From positions 124,310,001-124,374,000 of the forward strand of contig OZ024744.1 in NCBI GenBank assembly GCA_964016885.1: a stretch of DNA of 64,000 nt. The letters are read 5' to 3'. Below, piece by piece: positions 56,207-64,000 of the stretch. The stretch is from Eledone cirrhosa (Eukaryota). The notes below the pieces were generated by a model. The model was given only the letters and a program-made list of their open reading frames with translations, ran no database searches and was not told the DNA's origin. Within the stretch, counting starts at the first letter, position 1; each line of letters starts with the position of its first letter. A program made the position numbers and the translations under genes.

Positions 56207-56934
56207 TTCTAGGGCGGGTAAAATTCCCGAGATCCATGGATGAGTTCTCTCCAGCGGTCTCTGTCCCTCATTATCGCTGCCATGTCCTGCGTCTCCAAGA
56301 GACCAGTGTCTGTCGTTAACCTTGGTCTCCCCTTCCAGTGTGTCCATGTAGGGGCTCCTACAGGAGCACTGAGTGCAGTGTCAACTCTGGATGTCGGTGA
56401 GCATGTCCAGCTAACCTCAGTCTCCTCTGTGTCACTTTTGAGCTGACTTTTGGGAGGCTCCCATACAGCTCTGAGTTTTTCATCCTCAGTGTATACTGAT
56501 TAATGTTCAGAGCCATCCTCAGCATTCTCGTGTAGCACCCATCCACCATCTGAGTGAGTTTCTTGGTCAGTGTCCAAGTCTCGGACCCGTACAGCAGCAC
56601 AGACTCCACTACTGCAATGAAGAGACGGATCTTCAGGTCTTTACGAAGGTCCGACTTCCACACCGATCTCAAGCTGTGGCACGCCGCCCAGGCCTTGCTC
56701 TTCCTCTCAACCACATCATCTTCCGTATTCCCAATCTTTGCTCCCAAATACAGTAAGTCCTCAACCAGTTCTAGCGGCTTCCCGCCTACATTAGTGATCC
56801 CCTCTGGCTTCTCAACATTCTCTACCAGATATTTTGTTTTAGTCTCATTCATTCTCAGCTCCACACTCATCAACACAGTCTCAACCTCCTGAATCCAATC
56901 CTCTGCCTACTTCACTGTATTTGTCACCAAAACT
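56207..56934 (-). mobile_element. 5'-truncated RTE-like LINE (second family), RT C-terminal region
   Basis: ORF 56358-56876 reads LRMNETKTKY...LYLGAKI...VESVLLYGSETWTL...RRLRLAGH, which are typical non-LTR RT C-terminal motifs. Confidence 0.9.
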
Positions 56935-57024
56935 GTAATGTTCAAGGTATGTAATGCTGTACCTTAACACAACAGCTCTCAGAGTTCTCTACTTGTTTCT
57001 AATTACACCCACTTTCTTCTTTAG

Positions 57025-57068
57025 GCTATGAAAGATTTCATATTAAAACTCAACAGATCTCGCTCCAG
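57025..57068 (+). CDS. PIK3R4: Internal coding exon (44 nt, phase 0-2) of PIK3R4/Vps15: AMKDFILKLNRSRS(S)
   Basis: ctttcttctttAG acceptor and CAG|GTAAGT donor. Resembles recalled human ALKDFMMKSNKAK. Confidence 0.88.
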
Positions 57069-57119
57069 GTAAGTTTCATTACATGTACACCTCTTAACAC
57101 TTGACTGTGGCCATGCTGG

Positions 57120-58165
57120 CAGGGCTGGATTTAATGGGAGGTGGGGGTAATTGCCCCAGGTCCCCTACAGTGGGGCTCCCAACAGCAATGGCTGAGTGTC
57201 CTCAGCTGGGCTTTTTAGTTTTATAATGGTTAGAATTTTTTAATTTAATACCTGTATGTATAACTTTTTAATTCTAATTACTTGCACCAAGCTAACTGTC
57301 TAGAGCGGGTAAAATTCCCGAGATCCATGGACGAGTTCTCTCCAGCAGTCTCTGTCCCTCATTATTGCTGCCATGTCCTGCGTCTCCAAGAGACCAGTGT
57401 CTGTCCTTAGGGCATCAACATACGTTAACCTTGGTCTTCCTCTTCCAGTGTGTCCATGCAGGGGCTCCTACAGGAGCACTGAGTGCAGTGTCAACTCTGG
57501 ATGTCAGTGAGCATGTCCAGTTAACCTCAGTCTCCTCTGTGAAAAAGATATCAGATGCTGAATTTGCCGACGACATAGTTTTGGTGACAAATACAGTGAA
57601 GGAGGCAGAGGATTTGATGCAGGAAGTTGAGACTGTGTCGATGAGTGTGGGGCTGAGAATGAATGAGACTAAGACAAAATGTCTGGTAGAGAATGTTGAG
57701 AAGCCAGAGGGGATCATAGAATTGGGAATACGGAAGATGATGTAGTTGAGAGGAAGAGCAAATCCTGGGCGGTGTGCCACAGATTGAGATGGGTGTGGAA
57801 GTCGAACCTTCATAAAGACCTGAAGATCCGCCTCTTCATTGCTGTAGTGGAATCTGCTGCTGTACGGGTCTGAGACTTGGACATTAACCAAGAAACTCAC
57901 CCAGATGGTGGATGGGTGCTACATGAGAATACTGAGGATGGCTCTGAACATGAATCAGTATACACTGAGGATGAAAAACTCATAGCTGTATGGGAGCCTC
58001 CCAAAGGTCAGCTCAAAAGTGACACAGAGGAGACTGAGGTTAGCTGGACAAGCTAACTTTGATATGTAAAATTGGGGGGTTTGCTGGGAATTGTAGTTTT
58101 TTGTGTATGAGTCCCTCCAAACCTGAAGTGTATGTGTGTGTGTCCCCAGTCTATATCCAGCCCTG
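57120..58165. mobile_element. hAT-type MITE (~285 bp without its nested LINE)
   Basis: TIRs CAGGGCTGGATTTA / TATATCCAGCCCTG (13/14 match). Perfect 8-bp TSD CATGCTGG at 57112-57119 and 58166-58173. Confidence 0.85.
57298..58050. mobile_element. RTE-like LINE copy with an inverted 5' part, nested in the MITE
   Basis: 57299-57541 is on the minus strand and matches 56207-56432. 57542-58050 is on the plus strand (EFADDIVLV...GLRMNETKTK...). The copy is flanked by CAAGCTAACT at 57288-57297 and 58049-58058. Confidence 0.85.
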
Positions 58166-58389
58166 CATGCTGGGGCAGGTTTTTGTTGGTCATATACAAG
58201 GTTTTAACCAATCCGATCAATCATATCAACCCTAATGTATATTTCAGACTGGTGCTAATTTTCTTGATGTATATTTATTGAATAAAATAAAGTACCATTA
58301 ACTCGCTGAGGTCAATGCAATTGGCTCCCCCACCCTCTCTTTTCTACCTAAATCAGAAGCCATTGTACCATGCACAATTATACTTGTAG

Positions 58390-58539
58390 CTCTGTTGAAG
58401 CTGTATTTGCTGAAATAGATGATGAATGTTCACGTGGGAAACTAAATCTTCGTCATCTTGGTAACACATTTACCCGAAGACATGCTGATCTCTTCAAACC
58501 TAAAGATACCAGAACAGAAACACCAAACTCACCGGCACG
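58390..58539 (+). CDS. PIK3R4: Internal coding exon (150 nt, phase 2-2) of PIK3R4/Vps15: SVEAVFAEIDDECSRGKLNLRHLGNTFTRRHADLFKPKDTRTETPNSPA(R)
   Basis: acttgtAG acceptor and GTATGT donor. The phase fits both neighbours. GKLNLRHLG..RHADLFK resembles recalled human GVIDLAALG..RQVDLVK. Confidence 0.85.
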
Positions 58540-58573
58540 GTATGTAGTAGGAATTTTTTTTATTACGTATTTT

Positions 58574-58730
58574 CATCACCACCACCATCACCATCATCAC
58601 CACTACCACCAACATCACCACCACAACCATAACCACCACCACCACCATCACCATCACCACCATCATCACCACCATCACACCATCACATCATCACCACCAC
58701 CACCATCACCACCACCACCACCATCATCAC
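58574..58730. repeat. (CAC/CAT)n trinucleotide microsatellite
   Basis: Direct reading. It lies in the intron and abuts an RTE-type 3' end. Confidence 0.9.
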
Positions 58731-58781
58731 TGGTCAACATCTATTTTCCATGTTAGCATGAGTTAGACAAGTTGTCCCATG
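58722..58781 (-). mobile_element. RTE-like 3' end remnant
   Basis: CATCATCAC..TTTTCCATGTTAGCATGAGTTAGACAAGTTGTCCC is similar to 54225-54290. Confidence 0.6.
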
Positions 58782-58789
58782 TGAGACAA

Positions 58790-58904
58790 AAAGTGGTCAT
58801 GTAGGTGTCACAACAAAAAGTACCCAGTCCACACTGTAAAGTGGTCATGTAGGTGTCACAACAAAAAGTACCCAGTACACACTCTAAAGTGGTCATGTAA
58901 GTGT
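58790..58904. repeat. 48-bp minisatellite, ~2.4 copies
   Basis: AAAGTGGTCATGTAGGTGTCACAACAAAAAGTACCCAGTCCACACTGT, with units starting at 58790, 58838 and 58886. Confidence 0.9.
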
Positions 58905-59055
58905 ATATATAGATATATATAAAAGTTAAGGGCCAAAACACTCATCTGGGTGGGTGGTGGTCTCTTCTCTGAAGACCTTTGTCCCAGCTCTCCTGGGAGT
59001 TTCTTGCCACTATATATTTATGTACATATATATATATAAATATATATATATATAT

Positions 59056-59155
59056 CATCATCATCATCATCATCACTGTTTTACGTCCGTTCTTCCATGC
59101 TAGACGGGTTGTCCTGTTGTGGGCAGTGTCTGGTCGGCTGACCATGCCTTGCTCA
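59056..59155 (-). mobile_element. Short 3'-terminal fragment of the same RTE family as 54225-55375
   Basis: Near-identical to 54225-54330, but lacking GCATGGGTTA (a deletion between TAG repeats). Confidence 0.8.
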
Positions 59156-59181
59156 TATCTCTCTCTCTGTATATATATATA

Positions 59182-60045
59182 CAGGGTGTGGATGATATTT
59201 GTTCGCAATTTTCAACTGCTAATTTTATGCAAATTTTTCTTACTTCCGTTGTCACTCTTGTCTTCATAAAAACAGTGACTATATTTCCAATATTTCTTTT
59301 CAGAATAATTGATTATGAATAATTTTGAACCTCCAAATTTGTGGAAGAGACACGGAGTTCTTAGAATCCGCGCCGCGAGGACAAATAAGACCAGAAGATC
59401 AACTCCCAGAACAACAGGTGGCTCGCTGTCTCATCCAAAGATGTGCCCAGAGTCATGCAAACAAAGTTTCCAGCAAGAACATTGGTCTTAGGTGTCGTCA
59501 GCAGTCAAGGTGACTTCATGCCTGAGGGTCTCAAGCTGAACACCGATGGCTACATCTGTGTTCTGAGCGAGATAGTAAAGCCCTGGATTGACCAGGTAGC
59601 TGCAGGTAGGCCGTACGTGTGGCAGCAAGACTCAGCACCCTGCCATACCAGCCGAAAGGCCCAAGCCTGGCTGTCAGAGAACTTTGTCGACCACACTTCA
59701 CCTGATATCTGGCCTCCCAGCTCGCCTGACTGCAACCCCCTCGACTTCTTTGTGTGGGGCGCAGTGGAATGAGATACCAACAGATCTAGCTGCAATACAA
59801 AAGACGATCTGAAGGCCAGGATCACAAATGCCTTTAGGGGCCTAAGTCAGGGGACAGTGACGAAGGCCTGTAGCCGGTTCCAAGGCCGCCTTGAGGCCGT
59901 CATCAAAGCCAATGGCAGGTTTATCGAGTGAGATTGAAAGAACAAGTCATGAAGACAAACTGACCCAAGTTTGATAAATATATCTTAAAAAATAAAACTA
60001 CTGTGTTATTTTTTCCTAGACCGTAATCTTGCGAACAAATATCGT
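59182..60045 (+). mobile_element. Defective Tc1/mariner DD37D (maT) DNA transposon
   Basis: TA|CAGGGTG left end and partial TIR GATATTTGTTCGCAA / TTGCGAACAAATATC. The transposase remnant QQDSAPCH...WPPSSPDCNPLDFFVW has 37 residues between the two Asp. It carries an internal deletion and an in-frame TGA at 59770, and the original C-terminus ..RLEAVIKANGRFIE* ends near 59931. Confidence 0.88.
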
Positions 60046-60099
60046 AGTAATATATATTTATAGATAGATAGACACAGAGACACCAATCTTACCTTAAAT

Positions 60100-60160
60100 G
60101 GGACAATTCCCATGTAACCCATGCTAGCATGGAAGATAGACGTTAAACGATGATGATGAT
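60100..60160 (+). mobile_element. RTE-like 3' end remnant with (GAT)n tail
   Basis: GGGACAAT...AACCCATGCTAGCATGGAAGATAGACGTTAAACGATGATGATGAT. Confidence 0.7.
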
Positions 60161-60221
60161 ATATATATACATATATATATCCACTTGATTATTTTATTCT
60201 TTTTTCTTTATTCCACGATAG

Positions 60222-60270
60222 ATCACGAAGGAAGAAAAGTCCCCAGTTAGACAACTCAGCAGTTGCTATG
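60222..60270 (+). CDS. PIK3R4: Internal coding exon (49 nt, phase 2-0) of PIK3R4/Vps15: (R)SRRKKSPQLDNSAVAM
   Basis: Long T-rich tract plus atAG acceptor, and ATG|GTAACT donor. It supplies exactly the phase 2-to-0 change needed between the flanking exons and is basic like recalled human KRARKHVKQD. Confidence 0.78.
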
Positions 60271-60534
60271 GTAACTATTACAAGAATATTTATATTTTAT
60301 TTTACCAAGTTTTCATTTTTTTCTCTTTTATTGTTTTAGGAAAATTAGTTAAACTCCTCGAAACAGGAGTTTTCTGTGGAATACCTGCATCAACATGTAT
60401 CTCTACTGTGTGTGTGTATATATGTGTGTGTGTGTGGTTGTATATGTATGTGTGTGTATGTATGTATCATCATCATTTTACCTCCGCTTTTCCTTGCTTA
60501 CAAGGGTGGGACACATATATGTATGATACTAATA

Positions 60535-61320
60535 TATGTGACGCTAATAACCTAACTATCTGTAACACAAACTTCAAAAAACGAGACCAATGTGACCTAA
60601 ATGATCACATTGGTCAACATTTTGATGGCTATGACGGAATCCATGGAGGCTATAGGTTTGATACTAGAAATGAGGAAGGCTTTAGGCTCCTGAAATTCTG
60701 TGATGCTAATAACCTAACTATCTAACACAAACTTCAATAAACGAGACAATCACTTGATCACCTGTACATCAGGGGAACACGCCAGCCAGATAGATTATAT
60801 CCTTACTAGAAGACGTGACAGTGTCTGTTGTAAACACTAAGTCCCTCCCCCATGAAGGATGCACCTCCCAACATAGCCTCATAATTAGCGTCCTCATAGT
60901 CAGGACGAGGCGTACTCGACGACAGAGGAGGACTACCTTGAGGAGAAGAATATGGAAGTTGAAGGACCCCACAGCCAGTAACAAATTTAAAAGCATATTA
61001 CTTGATGCCTTTGACAGTAAGGAAGAGCAATTAGAGACATACAATATAGAGGAACAGTGGGAATTCCTGAAAGTTAACCTGCTGAAGGCGACTGATGAAT
61101 TCTGTGGCTGGAGCAGACCATTAGGCAGGAGGAGAGTGACATGGTGGTGGAATAGTAAGGTGGAGAAGTCCATCAAGGACAAAAAGCAGGTATGGAAAGA
61201 ATGGCAGGATGGGGGTAGTAGAGAACTCTATTGGGTAGCTAGGAGAGAAGCTAGACAACAAGTGTACTTTGCAGGAAAGGAAGCAGAGGTTAGAAAGTTC
61301 AAGCATGTTCTACAACGTTA
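60535..61320 (+). mobile_element. RTE-clade LINE fragment (AP-endonuclease C-terminus and linker), frameshifted
   Basis: DLNDHIG..HGGY..RNEEG.RLLKFC..NLTI, SQIDYIL, TSQHSLI, RIWKLKD and TWWWN motifs. 60536-60590 duplicates 60699-60748. Confidence 0.85.
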
Positions 61321-61619
61321 TGCAAATCAGCCAGATTTGCATAACTGTACTGATGAAGAGTAATACCCAGAAACATTAGTGTCTGCAGTTCTGTTTACAT
61401 ACCAACACGAGAGCAAAGAATATACAGTTTCCTGTATACAAGCGTCTTTGCCATATTAAAAAAAAATGGCTGAATATAATAAATATAATTTTAGTTTTTC
61501 GGATATTAATAATAATATATAATTCATTTGCAATTATGCAAGCAAGCCTCATTTTTAAAGCCATGTCCTCTGTGATGCAACATACATCAGGGGACATTTT
61601 AATTATGGGGCGTATAATC

Positions 61620-62000
61620 ATAGAGAGGAAGTAGGAGATCTTGTAGTTACTAGCAATATTGGCTCCGCATACAGGTCTTGTTGGTGGTCCTGTATAGGGT
61701 CATTAGTTGTTTTATGGTTTTTGCAGAGCCCATACAAGGGGTGGTATGTCATTGTTAAACGCTTGGAAGTTGTTGGCTGTATGTCTACTTGGTTTTAGGA
61801 TATCAGTCCACATCATGTGAGCATTGACAATCTTTTCTCTCTCCTCATGTGGTATTGTTTCACTCATGTTGATGTTGTGGGGTAGCATAGCCTTGATATA
61901 GTTTGGTATGCTGTCTATTGACATCCTACCAGATTTATCTGTGGGTAGACACACTACCTCACCATCCCTTGTGCACTGCTTGAGGCTAAGTAGGCCTTCT
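61620..62000 (-). mobile_element. Degraded Penelope-like RT N-terminal fragment
   Basis: VVCLPTDKSGRMSI, IPPL.. and GPPTRPVCGA..SYFLS correspond in order to the PLE motifs ADKG / LYGLPK / PLRPIVS. Confidence 0.5.
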
Positions 62001-62049
62001 GCAGGTTTTCTTCCAAGTTGTTGAACCTCTTGTCTGTTTTGTCTCTTAA

Positions 62050-62311
62050 TATATAATAATAATAATGAAATTATTGTGTAAAGTGCTCAGGTGCACTACA
62101 ACTCGTCAAAGGTGTATGTATAGTACATAGAATAATACACAAATGTCAGGGAAGTACATGTGTGTATGTGTTAGCTGTAGTGTTGGCGGATCTCGGGAAG
62201 CATGGAGGTCTTAAAGGATGCAGTGTCTCGACAGCTAACAACTGATGCAGGTAGTTTGTTCCATGCTTCAGCAACTCTGAGCGTGAAAAAATGTTTCCGA
62301 AAGTCATGGGA
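62050..62311 (-). mobile_element. CR1/L2-group LINE 3' end
   Basis: RKHFFTLRVAEAWNKLPASVV..TASFK followed by a stop, a 3' UTR and an (ATT)n tail. Confidence 0.75.
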
Positions 62312-62574
62312 ATGGTCTACTACCTATCTAAGTTTATTTCTAGCTATGGTAAACTGTGCCTCTGTTTGGTCATCTTTTTGTTGTGGTATAAAAACCCTTT
62401 TGTTAACTATGGAGATACGAAAGATACAGATTTAAGTTAAATGAAATGAAAAGACGTTAAAATTTTGAACGTGCACATTGTGAAATGTATGATATATGTA
62501 TGTGTGTGCGTGAATTCCCCGCTTACTACACTCTCCACCTATCAACCGTGATCTTGAGAATAAACTCTGACAGT

Positions 62575-63161
62575 TAAAACTTACCATGACTAACATCCTA
62601 CAATAACACACACACACTCCCCACAATCCCTCCAGATCACAACTTGCTACCCTAAGCAACCTCAGATCTAAGGACCTTGTATACCTCCCATTGGACAAGG
62701 AAAAAGAGTTTTGTGTTATTAATAGGGAGGCCTACAACAACCGAACCCACCAACATCTCAACTACGACAGTCTCTACTCAAAAGTCACTGGAATTACACC
62801 CACACTGATAGAGAACCAGATCAACACTGCCTGGACCAACATCTGTGATCAACGAAGGCTCCCGAAGAGATTCCAGTAAAATTACATAACAAGAAACAGC
62901 AAGCTGCCCAACTTCTACCACCTGATCAAAACCCACGAAGAAGGACCCGACCTGAAAATTAGACCCATTGTCTCCAGTGTTGAAGGACCATCTTATAAAA
63001 TCTTTTGGCTTCTGTCCAAGATTTTAAAGCTCCTGTTGACAACCTTCCCGGGCCACATCTATAGCTCAGATGATGTCATCCAGCGACTCAACAAACTAGA
63101 ACTTGACACCCTCAAATCCAATAGGTACACCTTCAGCCTAGATGTAGTATCCCTCTACACT
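62575..63161 (+). mobile_element. Penelope-like element reverse transcriptase fragment with stops
   Basis: LVYLPLDKEKEFCV..PNFYHLIKTH..KIRPIVSS..GPSYKI.WLLSKILK..FSLDVVSLYT, read through TAA at 62877. Confidence 0.8.
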
Positions 63162-63690
63162 ATTTATCTGTGCTGGTTTTTGGTACTAGCAGTTACAATG
63201 GATTGACAGCTAACACCATCCCACTCCCACAATTAAAAGAACTGCTTCGACCTTTGCTTGACCGCACCTATTCCGCACGCACGTGTTATCTGCAGAATAC
63301 CTCAGTTAGTCACAAACAGCGAACAGCAGAGGACACATACCGTTCCTCTCCGACAGATAACTCCTCACCTCTCCCCCGGAAAACCCAGTTGATGGATGCG
63401 AATCCGAAATATAGGGACAATTAAATCTCTCCCAAGGTAACTCTATCTCGTGTTATTATTTTTATTTTTTACGCTCTTTCCTACGTTCCTCTACACACTA
63501 TACATCTCATTCTACATTACCTTACATCTCTCTCTTCACCACCGGATCCTGTTACCCGGAGACTGACCCATCTGCATTGTTGAGGCTTCCAAAACGACCA
63601 AAAGAAAATAAATCTTATTATTCCACAATGCTTCAAGCAAACTTCAATACTCTCTTGTATATATATTTTTTTTTTTTCTTTTTTTCCCAG

Positions 63691-63901
63691 AATGCTGAAT
63701 GGAAAAGTATGTTTGGTTCAAGTGACACAGAAAAATCCTTGTCGAGTTCTCCAAAGTCTAAAGGAAACATCAAATGGGAGAGTGGTTCAGAACGCCGATC
63801 ATCTTTAACAAATCCTGCTCTCACGTCAAATGTCTTTGCACAGACTTCTTTGGAAGGGAACAATCTTCGAGGAACAATTCCTGAAAAACAAACTATCCAG
63901 A
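63691..63901 (+). CDS. PIK3R4: Internal coding exon of PIK3R4/Vps15 starting NAEWKSMFGSSD; the 3' boundary is uncertain
   Basis: Poly-T tract plus cccAG acceptor. NAEWKSMFGS matches recalled human NEEWKSMFGS. The donor is tentatively A|GTCTGT at 63902, and the frame closes at 63945. Confidence 0.85.
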
Positions 63902-63927
63902 GTCTGTTTATGTTTTATTATTATTTG

Positions 63928-64000
63928 GATTGGCAGTATCGGTAGAGGGTCGGACGCCATGCTTTCCAGCATAGTTACGTCCCTTTACGATCCGAGTTCA
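63928..64000 (+). mobile_element. Probable SINE 5' head, truncated by the window
   Basis: TGGCAGTATCGGTAG (A-box-like) ... TTTACGATCCGAGTTCA (start of a B-box-like motif). Confidence 0.4.

Noticed and set aside
58370-58756. Poly-His/Pro protein ORF
   Set aside because: Only 58390-58539 is exon. The His run is an intronic CAC/CAT microsatellite downstream of the GTATGT donor.
59443-59772. Functional transposase gene
   Set aside because: The N-terminal part and first catalytic Asp region are deleted, there is an internal stop, and the right terminus is incomplete.
60340-60397. Alternative exon after a strong ttgttttAG acceptor
   Set aside because: It reaches TAA within four codons in both phase 2 (KIS*) and phase 0 (EN*), whereas 60222-60270 restores the Vps15 frame. 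A poison-exon role cannot be excluded without RNA data.
63555-63610. Hammerhead ribozyme at the end of a Penelope-like element
   Set aside because: The CTGANGA and GAAA cores with proper stems cannot be assembled from the sequence.

Overview
Eukaryotic, repeat-rich genomic DNA. The SINE and RTE tails look like those I associate with octopus/cephalopod genomes; this is inference, not a search result. Bases 1 to ~52533 are one uninterrupted tandem array, open at the left edge, of roughly 1,300 monomers. Two interleaved monomer types occur: 41-bp A (CCCATGACAGGTAGGACAATAGTCTGTAATAACTTGTCCAA) and 40-bp B (CCCATGTATGTAGGACAATAGTCTGTAATAACTTGTCCAA), arranged in nested higher-order duplications. All minus-strand ORFs over the array are translations of this repeat, not genes. 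The array ends ~57 bp upstream of a splice acceptor. Five phase-compatible + strand exons (52591-52647, 57025-57068, 58390-58539, 60222-60270, 63691-~63901) join into a peptide matching the central linker of PIK3R4/VPS15, so the array appears to fill one giant intron of that gene. The remaining introns are a patchwork of TE relics: a Helitron-like element, tRNA-SINEs, RTE, CR1 and Penelope-like retroelements, a hAT MITE containing an internally inverted LINE, and a DD37D (maT) transposon. Three points stand out: the satellite appears derived from a retroelement 3' end, its monomers carry splice-signal-like motifs on the sense strand, and an inverted LINE pair brackets a 44-nt exon.
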